Positions 47,479 through 55,633 of a DNA stretch of 64,000 nt are shown piece by piece. The stretch comes from Parcubacteria group bacterium Gr01-1014_13 (lineage in GTDB: Bacteria > Patescibacteriota > Patescibacteriia > Magasanikbacterales > GWA2-37-8). Where the stretch lies: the NCBI GenBank assembly GCA_007376295.1, contig VMGB01000003.1:71106-135105 (forward strand). Direction: 5' to 3'. The notes beneath the pieces are model-generated. The model saw only the letters and a program-made list of their open reading frames with translations. It had not been told where the DNA came from and made no database searches. Position 1 is the stretch's first letter; every line of letters starts with the position of its first letter. The translations under genes were made by a program, and so were the position numbers.

Positions 47479-49728
47479 ATGAAAACCTTAGTTATCGTAG
47501 AGTCCCCTACCAAAGCCAAAACAATCTCCAAATTTTTGGGCAAGAACTTTGTTGTAAAGTCTTCTTTTGGCCATGTACGCGATTTGCCTAAAAGCAAGCT
47601 GGGAGTTGATGTTGACAACGATTTTGAACCTCATTACATAGTTAGCCGGGACAAAACCAAGGTCGCCAAAGAACTAAAGGAAGCAGCCAAAAAAGCTGAC
47701 GCTGTCCTATTCGCTACCGATGAGGACCGAGAAGGGGAAGCTATTTCCTGGCACCTAGCTAACATTTTAAACATTGAACCAAACGATGCCAAACGTATTG
47801 TTTTTCATGAAATTACCAAAACCGCTATAATGCACGCTTTGGATAATCCGCGTCCGCTTGACCTAAAAATGGTAGATGCCCAGCAAGCCCGCCGCATCCT
47901 CGACCGTTTGGTAGGTTATGAACTATCCCCTTTCTTATGGCGCAAAGTCGCCAGAGGCTTATCTGCCGGCCGCGTGCAGTCTGTGGCTGTGCGTTTGGTA
48001 GTAGAACGCGAAAGAGAAATTAAAGCCTTTAACCCAGAAGAATACTGGAGCGTTGAAGGAATTTTTGAAACAAAATCAAAACAGACTTTTCCTGCCAAGT
48101 TATATTCGATGAAGGGAAAAAAACTGGATAAATTGGATATTAAAGACAAAAAACAGACAGACAAAATATTAAATGATTTAAAAAATACTACTTACAAAGT
48201 AGAAAATATTGAAGAGAAAAAAACCAAGCGTTTGCCTTCTCCTCCATTTATCACTTCTACTCTGCAACAAGAGGCCAACAGCCAACTTGGATTCTCTGCC
48301 AAACAGACTATGCGTTTGGCGCAACAACTATACGAAGGTGTGGAGCTGGGCAGCGAAGGATCTGTTGGTTTAATCACTTACATGCGTACCGACGCCGTGA
48401 ATCTTTCTGAAAAATTTTTAAACGAAGCCAAAGAATTGATTGGCAACGATTTTGGCAAAAAATACCAACTGTCCGCACCGAGAGTTTATAACAACAAAAG
48501 TAAAAATGCCCAAGAAGCACACGAAGCTGTGCGTCCTACTGAAGTAACACGAACACCGCAATCTATAGAGGCGCACTTGGACAGAAATCAATTTAGATTA
48601 TACGACCTGATCTGGCGCCGAGCTGTGGCCACCCAAATGTCTCCGGCAGAATTAAATGCGACAGTAATAGATGTTGCTAGTGATAACGGCTACTCTTTTA
48701 GAGCGAACGGACAAATAATTGATTTTGACGGTTTCTTAAAACTCTTTCCAGACAAAGCTAAAGAAAATCTATTGCCACAGGTAGCTAAAGACGAAAACTT
48801 GAACTGCGCTGAACTAAAACCAGAACAGCATTTTACTGAACCGCCAGCCCGCTATTCAGACGCTACTTTGGTAAAAGCTTTGGAAAATTACGGCATTGGC
48901 CGTCCATCTACCTATGCTCCAACTATTGGCACTATTGAAGATCGCGGATATATAGAACGCGATGACAAAAAACGATTGGCGCCAAAAGATATTGCCTATG
49001 TTGTGAACGACTTATTGGTAGAACATTTCCCTCATGTGGTTGATTTTCAATTTACCGCTGACATGGAAAATGATTTGGATGAAATAGCTAGGGGAAAGAA
49101 AAAATGGCAGCCGATAATTACCAGTTTCTGGCACCCATTTAAAGAAAATCTTGATAAAAAAGAAAAAGAAATTGATAAAAAAGAATTAACTGAAGAAAAA
49201 TCAGACGAAATTTGCGAAAAATGTAATTCAGCCATGATAGTTAAAACTGGCCGGTTTGGAAAATTCTTGGCTTGCACTAACTATCCAGAATGCAAACATA
49301 CCAAATCATTAAACCCGGAAGAAGCCAAACAACAACAGGCAGTGGAAGCTGTTAACGAAAAATGTGATAAATGCCAGGAAGCTATGATGCTGCGCCACGG
49401 CAGATTTGGTCCATTCTTGGGTTGCTCTGCTTATCCAAAATGCAAAAATATCAAGGGCATAGATGTTAAACTAGGCCTTAAATGCCCAAAATGTAAAGAA
49501 GGCGATGTTGTTCAACGACGCAGTAAAAAGCGTGGCAAACCATTTTATGGCTGTAACAGATACCCAGAATGTGATTTCGCGATGTGGGAAAAACCAACCG
49601 GCGAATTCTGTCCTGACTGTAAAAACCCACTGGTATTTGCAGCCAAAGGAATTATAAAATGCAGTAATAAAGAATGTGTTTTTACCAAAGAACAGCCCGT
49701 TTCTACTCCTGAACCAGTAACTGAATAA
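47479..49728 (+). CDS. topA: DNA topoisomerase I with C-terminal zinc-ribbon repeats
   Basis: MKTLVIVESPTKAKTISKFLG TOPRIM start (track ORF start 47455 trimmed). Repeated CxxC…CxxC ribbons in the C-terminus. Confidence 0.9.
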   Translation: MKTLVIVESPTKAKTISKFLGKNFVVKSSFGHVRDLPKSKLGVDVDNDFEPHYIVSRDKTKVAKELKEAAKKADAVLFATDEDREGEAISWHLANILNIEPNDAKRIVFHEITKTAIMHALDNPRPLDLKMVDAQQARRILDRLVGYELSPFLWRKVARGLSAGRVQSVAVRLVVEREREIKAFNPEEYWSVEGIFETKSKQTFPAKLYSMKGKKLDKLDIKDKKQTDKILNDLKNTTYKVENIEEKKTKRLPSPPFITSTLQQEANSQLGFSAKQTMRLAQQLYEGVELGSEGSVGLITYMRTDAVNLSEKFLNEAKELIGNDFGKKYQLSAPRVYNNKSKNAQEAHEAVRPTEVTRTPQSIEAHLDRNQFRLYDLIWRRAVATQMSPAELNATVIDVASDNGYSFRANGQIIDFDGFLKLFPDKAKENLLPQVAKDENLNCAELKPEQHFTEPPARYSDATLVKALENYGIGRPSTYAPTIGTIEDRGYIERDDKKRLAPKDIAYVVNDLLVEHFPHVVDFQFTADMENDLDEIARGKKKWQPIITSFWHPFKENLDKKEKEIDKKELTEEKSDEICEKCNSAMIVKTGRFGKFLACTNYPECKHTKSLNPEEAKQQQAVEAVNEKCDKCQEAMMLRHGRFGPFLGCSAYPKCKNIKGIDVKLGLKCPKCKEGDVVQRRSKKRGKPFYGCNRYPECDFAMWEKPTGEFCPDCKNPLVFAAKGIIKCSNKECVFTKEQPVSTPEPVTE

Positions 49729-49772
49729 GTTTCAATTAAAAAACTCCCCAATTAACGGGAAGTTTTTTAATT

Positions 49773-49844
49773 GTGTTCTCAAGAGGAATTGAACCTCTAT
49801 TTCCAGCTTCGGAGGCTAGTGTTCTATCCGTTGAACTATGAGAA
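49773..49844 (-). tRNA. tRNA-Arg, anticodon CCG, 72 nt
   Basis: RC reads GTTCTCA-TA-GTTC-AACGGATA-GAAC-A-CTAGC-CTCCGAA-GCTGG-… with T-loop TTCAATT and acceptor TGAGAAC-A. Confidence 0.8.
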
Positions 49845-49852
49845 CAGAAGAC

Positions 49853-50824
49853 TTAAATCAACCGCCGAAGCCTTCTTAAAATACTGTATAATTTATATTT
49901 TCCAGTATTAACCACCAAATCAAATGTCCCTGGTAATTGATGTGGCTTGCCGCCAAATCCAAGTTTAAATCGAGTTACTCCAGCATACTGATGTTTTTGG
50001 TCATAGTTTCCATCTTTTACCGGAGCAACGCCAAAAAAATCATATAACTGATATCCGCTACTCTTCCCCATTTTTATACCTTCCCATTGCAATAAATATG
50101 GGGCCATCAAATCACGATGCGTATAGTCGGAAGCTCCGTATAGGTAGGTAAATGTATTGCCAAATTTAGCAAATACAACTGTGGCCACTGGCTTATTATT
50201 GAAATACACTGTAAGTTGAAAAGTTAAGGGTGAATTTAAAACTAACTCATAATGATTTTTACCATGCAATTTGAATTTGTCTCTCGATCCTGTCTGATTC
50301 ATGAGCGACCAAAAGACTTCAAAATTTTTCTCCTCACTTATTTTTAAATCTTTTTTTTCGGCCAGGTGAATATTATATCTGGTTTTTTGATGCATTCCGG
50401 CAAGTAATTCTTCTTCTGATTTTTTTAAATCTAAAATTAAAGTAGCCGGAGGGTTAATATCTATACTGCGATGAATTGTAAATTTTGAATCCGCGATTAC
50501 AGATCTCGGCTCCACTCTAAAAAAAATACAGTTTTTATTTTTTAAATAACCCAATAAATAATCGTATACTTCTGATTTTTCAACCACTGGCCCTTGCGGA
50601 CAAAAAGCATATTGCCAGCCAAATATTAGTCCGCTATAAACAATTTGCGCTTGCGCCACAACTTTATCACCTTCCACCATTGCTAGTCTTTCCACTTGCT
50701 TTCCTTCGGCTAACAAAATATTTCCCCAGGCCCAAGATTGGGTGAAAGGGCTGAGTTGGCTATAATTTTTTAGCCAATTATCCCACTGCTCTTGATTGGT
50801 AACGCTCTCTATTTTCATGTGCAT
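49853..50824 (-). CDS. FemAB-family peptidoglycan-bridge aminoacyltransferase (FemX-like)
   Basis: N-terminal FTQSWAWGNIL (compare FLQSWEWGEF of Fem proteins). 323 aa, twin GNAT-like layout. Confidence 0.65.
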   Translation of the reverse strand: MHMKIESVTNQEQWDNWLKNYSQLSPFTQSWAWGNILLAEGKQVERLAMVEGDKVVAQAQIVYSGLIFGWQYAFCPQGPVVEKSEVYDYLLGYLKNKNCIFFRVEPRSVIADSKFTIHRSIDINPPATLILDLKKSEEELLAGMHQKTRYNIHLAEKKDLKISEEKNFEVFWSLMNQTGSRDKFKLHGKNHYELVLNSPLTFQLTVYFNNKPVATVVFAKFGNTFTYLYGASDYTHRDLMAPYLLQWEGIKMGKSSGYQLYDFFGVAPVKDGNYDQKHQYAGVTRFKLGFGGKPHQLPGTFDLVVNTGKYKLYSILRRLRRLI

Positions 50825-50937
50825 ATCTTACCTAACTTTACAGCAAAAATCAACCATAAATTATAGACAAAATATTGAACAATATGATAGGATATTTTTA
50901 TGAAATCTCAAACCGTTCTTTACTAGGAGAAAAAACC

Positions 50938-51297
50938 ATGAAGAAACCATCGCTCCGCGAGCAAATGCTGGATAAAAAACAAAAGATTCAAGAACGCGAA
51001 GACAATTTTCGAAAGAAGTTCGAGGAAGCACCGAAATGCGTACAGGATGAATATCTTCGTTGCAATACACTGATCAAAAAATTCTTTGATAAACGCACGC
51101 TGAAGCAGCGACTCCAGCCATTTGAGGAAGTGCTCTATGCTCCGCAAAGCGGTTCTCTGACCGAAAACCAAATCGTGCAACTGCATGATCTTCTGCGCCT
51201 TCAAGGCTGGGAGGTGGTGCTCAGCGCAGCTCTTAAATGGCACGGAGGAGGTCCGCGGCCTATCGGACTCCTATTCCGTAATAATCCCGAAGACTGA
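50938..51297 (+). CDS. hypothetical protein
   Basis: Start trimmed to MKKPSLREQML. No motif. Followed by a strong terminator. Confidence 0.4.
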   Translation: MKKPSLREQMLDKKQKIQEREDNFRKKFEEAPKCVQDEYLRCNTLIKKFFDKRTLKQRLQPFEEVLYAPQSGSLTENQIVQLHDLLRLQGWEVVLSAALKWHGGGPRPIGLLFRNNPED

Positions 51298-51308
51298 TTA
51301 CAACAAAC

Positions 51309-51345
51309 CCCCACCACTTTCATATGAAGGTGGTGGGGGTTAAAA
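51309..51345 (+). terminator. rho-independent terminator
   Basis: CCCCCACCACTT-TCATATGA-AGGTGGTGGGGG followed by TTAAAATTTT. Confidence 0.55.
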
Positions 51346-51359
51346 TTTTAATTCATTAT

Positions 51360-52646
51360 TTACTTCTTCGGCGCAAATTTTTTATTACTCTCTATAAATT
51401 CTTCCTCTTCTTTTCTAGCCGAATCTATTATCGCTTGTCTGGCTTCTGGCGAAAGACCGCCCACTTTGCTATCCTCGGCTCTTAGCATTACGCTATATAA
51501 TCTTTTTAATTCTCTAACTGCCTTGCCAAATGCAAAAAATGGAGGTTTGGTTTTGGCAATCTGGTCATCCGATTTATTTTTGGTAAATCTAGGATCGTAC
51601 TTTTTGTAAGCTTCTACATAATCAGTTCGCGCTTCGTCGGACCTTGATTCTTTGGCCTGCTGACGATCAGCTTCGGCTTCTGCTCTAACTCTCTCTGCTT
51701 GTATTTTTTTGGTACGTTCATCAAAACGCTCCATAGTGGCTCTGGTTTTTTCTAACGCACGCTTTGTTTTCTCGTCTTTAGCGGCCGCAGCAGCCCTGTC
51801 TAGGACTTCTATATTTTTTCCTACCTCAACCGGAGCTGATTCTATCTTGCCAGCTTCGTGTTCATTATTTATTTCGCCAGAAACAACCTGGCTTTCTTCG
51901 GATGTAATTAGTTTATTTTTTTGTTTTTTTGGCACCCCTTCAGAAACTTCATATGACTCATAACCATCATCCTTTGGCTCTTCAGTTTCTTCAAAAACTA
52001 CAGGCTCAGCTTCCAGAATTGTCGCTCTTTCTTTTCTCCTTATTACATTTTTATTGGTTACTTTCTTTTCTTTCTTTCCTTTTCCTTTTTCTTCCAATTT
52101 ATAAAACTTTTTCTCCTGATTTTTGGCCAAAAAAATGTCTTCTGCAGAAACAGTTTTGTTTGTACCGTCCTTCTTCATAACCAAAAATTTTTGATCTGCT
52201 TCATTTTTATTCATAATTACCCAGTCGCTATCAATTTTGCCGCTCGATCTTTTAACGGATACCAACTGATGCTCTTCCAAATCTTCAAATTTGGCCGGCA
52301 CCAATTCATCCGTTTCACTGGAAATCTCAAAAGACTCATAGTCTGGCGCCTTTTCTTTTAACTTCCTTTCTTCTTCTCTTTTCTTCAGCTTTCCTCTCAG
52401 CTCTGTCATTATTTCTTTATATTTATAATCAGAGATGCGCTTCTCAAAATCAGCTTCCATTTCTTTGGATTTTCTTTTATTGCTCTTTTTCTCTTCTTCT
52501 TTAGCCTTTTCCGCTTCTATCGCTTTGCCGGCCTCAGCCAAAGCTGAAGCTATTTCTTCGCCAGATTTAGGAGAATTTGATTTTTTACGGCGAGATGAAG
52601 GCGGTTTCATCGCTTCTTGTGGGACAAATTGAGATGTTTCTGACAT
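51360..52646 (-). CDS. hypothetical highly charged K/E-rich protein (coiled-coil/IDP-like)
   Basis: 428 aa, more than 40% K/E/R/D. No catalytic motif. Confidence 0.45.
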   Translation of the reverse strand: MSETSQFVPQEAMKPPSSRRKKSNSPKSGEEIASALAEAGKAIEAEKAKEEEKKSNKRKSKEMEADFEKRISDYKYKEIMTELRGKLKKREEERKLKEKAPDYESFEISSETDELVPAKFEDLEEHQLVSVKRSSGKIDSDWVIMNKNEADQKFLVMKKDGTNKTVSAEDIFLAKNQEKKFYKLEEKGKGKKEKKVTNKNVIRRKERATILEAEPVVFEETEEPKDDGYESYEVSEGVPKKQKNKLITSEESQVVSGEINNEHEAGKIESAPVEVGKNIEVLDRAAAAAKDEKTKRALEKTRATMERFDERTKKIQAERVRAEAEADRQQAKESRSDEARTDYVEAYKKYDPRFTKNKSDDQIAKTKPPFFAFGKAVRELKRLYSVMLRAEDSKVGGLSPEARQAIIDSARKEEEEFIESNKKFAPKK

Positions 52647-52777
52647 ATATTCAAGCTAATAAATATTTAGGCAAGACTATTATACCACTTTTTCCAAAGA
52701 CGAGTAAAGGTCTTGCCAAAATCATTATTTTAATGTAGAATATCACTTGTTATTAATTACTATAATTATACAAATAT

Positions 52778-52993
52778 ATGGGTTTACCCGGTCATAGACG
52801 AACCTCCTCACACAAACGACGCCGCGCTGCGCATTTTGCTTTGACAGAGGCAACATTTAACGCTTGCCCAAAATGCAAAAAGCCGCTTAGACCACACCGC
52901 GCCTGCGCTTTTTGTGGTTACTACAAAGGCAAAACCGTGCTAAATGTAGAAAAAAGAGCTTCCCGCACTGGCAGAAAAGTCAAGGCCAAATAA
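52778..52993 (+). CDS. rpmF: 50S ribosomal protein L32
   Basis: RRTSSHKRRRAAHFAL (compare L32 KRRTSKSRKRRRRAHDAL) and the CPKC…CAFCGYYKG zinc ribbon. Confidence 0.75.
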   Translation: MGLPGHRRTSSHKRRRAAHFALTEATFNACPKCKKPLRPHRACAFCGYYKGKTVLNVEKRASRTGRKVKAK

Positions 52994-53027
52994 TTCCTAC
53001 ATTTTCCGTCTCTAAATCCGCACCTTT

Positions 53028-53456
53028 ATGTCTAATCGCCATTTGGCAAGAAGTATTGCTATGCAAGCTTTATTTGAATGGGATTTCCGGGATCAACCCA
53101 CGGACATCTTGCCTCTTATAATTGACCGAGACCTAAAGGAATTTGGCCCTGGTTTGGACGAAACAGAGTTTGCTAAAAAAATTATCGAGGACGTCCAGCA
53201 AAATATAAAGGACATAGACAAGCTGATTACCCAGTACGCTCCGCAATGGCCAATTGAACAAATTACAATTATCGACCGTAATATTTTGCGAATTGGCATT
53301 TACGAACTAAAATTCAATAACGAAGTACCGCCCAAAGTGGCTATCAATGAAGCTATTGAGTTAGCTAAAAACTTTGGCGGGCCTGCCTCAGGCAGATTTA
53401 TAAACGGAGTTTTGGGCGCGATATATAAAGATATGTTAAGCGCCGAACAAAAATAA
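53028..53456 (+). CDS. nusB: transcription antitermination factor NusB
   Basis: [15 protein letters not shown]-terminus. 142 aa. Confidence 0.85.
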   Translation: MSNRHLARSIAMQALFEWDFRDQPTDILPLIIDRDLKEFGPGLDETEFAKKIIEDVQQNIKDIDKLITQYAPQWPIEQITIIDRNILRIGIYELKFNNEVPPKVAINEAIELAKNFGGPASGRFINGVLGAIYKDMLSAEQK

Positions 53457-53460
53457 TAGT

Positions 53461-54234
53461 ATGTCAAAAAGTATTTTAAGCTTGCCGGAAGTAAAAGAAA
53501 AAAACTTTCCGGACTTGCAAGAAAAACTGGGAATAAAATTTAAAGAACCAAAAAATCTGGTTCAGGCTTTTGTGCACCGTTCTTATTTAAATGAGCACCA
53601 TGATTTTGTTATCGGACACAACGAACGTTTGGAATTTTTGGGTGACGCGGTGCTGGAATTAATTGTTACCGAATTTCTTTTCAAAGAATACGGCAACCCC
53701 GAAGGCGAGCTGACCAATTGGCGCGCAGCTTTGGTAAACGCAAAAATTTTGGCCAGTATTGCCTATGAAATCGGCATGGAAGAATATCTTTTCCTTAGCC
53801 ACGGCGAGGCCAAAGACGCAGGCACCAAAGCCAGAGATTATATCATGGCCAATGCCATCGAAGCGCTAATCGGCGCGATATATATCGACCGAGGTTATGA
53901 AGTAACCCAACAATTCATCGCCCGCTGGGTTTTGACAAAACTACCATATATTTTAGAAAATGGATTATATTTGGATGCCAAAAGCCGCTTCCAAGAATCA
54001 GCCCAAGAAATATTAGGCATTACTCCAACGTACAAAGTTTTGCAAGAAGAAGGACCAGACCACATAAAATCATTCAAAATCGGCGTTTACTTAGATAAGG
54101 AAATGATAGCTACCGGTGAAGGCACTAGCAAACAAGAAGCTCAAACCGAAGCAGCTGAAGCAGCGGTAAAAATAAAAGGCTGGAAAGGACCGAAGATTAA
54201 TATTATAAAAAGAAAAGCAGAAGATCCGTTGTAA
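53461..54234 (+). CDS. rnc: ribonuclease III
   Basis: ERLEFLGDAVLELIVTEFLF RNase III signature plus C-terminal dsRBD. Confidence 0.9.
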   Translation: MSKSILSLPEVKEKNFPDLQEKLGIKFKEPKNLVQAFVHRSYLNEHHDFVIGHNERLEFLGDAVLELIVTEFLFKEYGNPEGELTNWRAALVNAKILASIAYEIGMEEYLFLSHGEAKDAGTKARDYIMANAIEALIGAIYIDRGYEVTQQFIARWVLTKLPYILENGLYLDAKSRFQESAQEILGITPTYKVLQEEGPDHIKSFKIGVYLDKEMIATGEGTSKQEAQTEAAEAAVKIKGWKGPKINIIKRKAEDPL

Positions 54235-54241
54235 TAGATTT

Positions 54242-54317
54242 GGGTCGGTAGCTCAGCTGGTAGAGCAGATCCCTCTTAAGGATAAGGTCCTGGGTTCGAT
54301 CCCCAGCCGACCCACCA
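54242..54317 (+). tRNA. tRNA-Lys, anticodon CTT, with encoded CCA
   Basis: GGGTCGG-TA-GCTC-AGCTGGTA-GAGC-A-GATCC-CTCTTAA-GGATA-AGGTC-CTGGG-TTCGATC-CCCAG-CCGACCC-A-CCA. Confidence 0.85.
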
Positions 54318-54339
54318 AATTAAATTCTAAAAAAAATGC

Positions 54340-54378
54340 CCTCGCTCAACGAAAGTTGGACGAGGGTGTTTTGATTTA
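54340..54378. terminator. rho-independent (likely bidirectional) terminator
   Basis: CCCTCGCTCAACGAAAGTTGGACGAGGG followed by TGTTTTGATTT. Confidence 0.5.
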
Positions 54379-54384
54379 AAGAAT

Positions 54385-55458
54385 TTATCTGTCGCGAAGA
54401 CAAAAATGCCAATCACGTTTTGCGGCCGCTGGATCCGCATCGCGAATCCAGATATCCAAAGTCTCGGGACACATGACAACCGTGGCAAGCGTTACACTGG
54501 TCGGATTCTGTTCCGGAGTACGGTGGATCAAACCATCATTCTGCGAAAACAGATCTAGCGCCTCCTGTGGCGTCCGTGGCAACTTGTCCTGCTTGAAACT
54601 TTTAAGCTTTTCATAACGAGGCACGGTATGTTTGGAAAGCTTTGGCGCGGGATCTTCTTTCCTTAGCCCTTTCAAAAACGGTCCTTCCGGAACATGGTTA
54701 GTGTGACAGAAAGACGGACCAGTAATCGGACAAAAAAACATTGGCACGTAAGATGTCTCTGGATTTGAAACCGTCAACGAAACAACTTCACGCGTATGTC
54801 CGTGCGCGATTACATAATGTGTAGTTACAGCAATGGGATCCATTGCCAACCATTCCTCCACCTCGTCTAGATCGCGGGCGAGAGAGGCGCGGAAATGCTG
54901 GACTTGTTTGGGCAGACCAGGCTGGGCTTCTAGCCACAAACCATTGTTAGTAATAGCAATCTCGCATGCATTTAAAGATCCGGCCAAACTTGGCAACATG
55001 CCGGGATAAGTTAGACAGACGAGCCGAGGGAAGTCATTGAATGTAACATCGAGCAACACCATCTTGCCGAAATTCTGCGGCTCATAGTCCTCGTTATGAG
55101 CGATCAGGTGATTGCCATTTGACAGACGAACAACCAGTGTTGAACACTTATCGTTCGAAGGAGGCAAAAACTCGGACGACACCTCTTCCGTAAAAGAGGT
55201 CAATGCAATTTTCTCCATGGAAACTCCGGCGCCTTCGGCCAGCCCCTGAAGAAAATCAACACTCCGCGCCCAAAGACGTTCGGCTCCGGCCATGTGGCGT
55301 TGGGCAACCTCATGCATACGCGCAACGGTGCCTACACTTGTATGTTCGAGCAGATAGGCCACCGTACGCTCATATAGTTCGGGAATATCCTCTTTGCAAG
55401 CTTCACCAACCTGCAAACCGACATCATAGAACGAACCGCTAGCTTTGACATGGCGCAT
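54385..55458 (-). CDS. peptidase C45 family acyl-CoA:6-APA acyltransferase-like autoproteolytic hydrolase (GC-rich, likely horizontally acquired)
   Basis: 357 aa. The conserved Cys-Ser-Thr (…DKCSTLVV…) is typical of the C45 nucleophile region, and the overall layout fits. GC is about 52%. Confidence 0.5.
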   Translation of the reverse strand: MRHVKASGSFYDVGLQVGEACKEDIPELYERTVAYLLEHTSVGTVARMHEVAQRHMAGAERLWARSVDFLQGLAEGAGVSMEKIALTSFTEEVSSEFLPPSNDKCSTLVVRLSNGNHLIAHNEDYEPQNFGKMVLLDVTFNDFPRLVCLTYPGMLPSLAGSLNACEIAITNNGLWLEAQPGLPKQVQHFRASLARDLDEVEEWLAMDPIAVTTHYVIAHGHTREVVSLTVSNPETSYVPMFFCPITGPSFCHTNHVPEGPFLKGLRKEDPAPKLSKHTVPRYEKLKSFKQDKLPRTPQEALDLFSQNDGLIHRTPEQNPTSVTLATVVMCPETLDIWIRDADPAAAKRDWHFCLRDR

Positions 55459-55559
55459 ATTTTCTCCTTAGTAAATTGTATATGTACCGCTTCAATAGGA
55501 ACATAAAACTAACTCCATTGTCAAGTATCTAATTAAATGATATATTTTAGCCTAGTCCC

Positions 55560-55631
55560 GCCCCTATAGTTTAATGGATAGAATATCAGGCTTCGAACCT
55601 GAAGATGGGAGTTCGATTCTCTCTGGGGGCA
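55560..55631 (+). tRNA. tRNA-Arg, anticodon TCG, 72 nt
   Basis: GCCCCTA-TA-GTTT-AATGGATA-GAAT-A-TCAGG-CTTCGAA-CCTGA-AGAT-GGGAG-TTCGATT-CTCTC-TGGGGGC-A. Confidence 0.8.
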
Positions 55632-55633
55632 CA

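Noticed and set aside
55574-55633. N-terminal extension of the P-type ATPase ORF (MDRISGFEPEDGSSILSGGT)
   Set aside because: It is exactly coincident with tRNA-Arg(TCG) at 55560-55631. The start was reassigned to the ATG at 55634.
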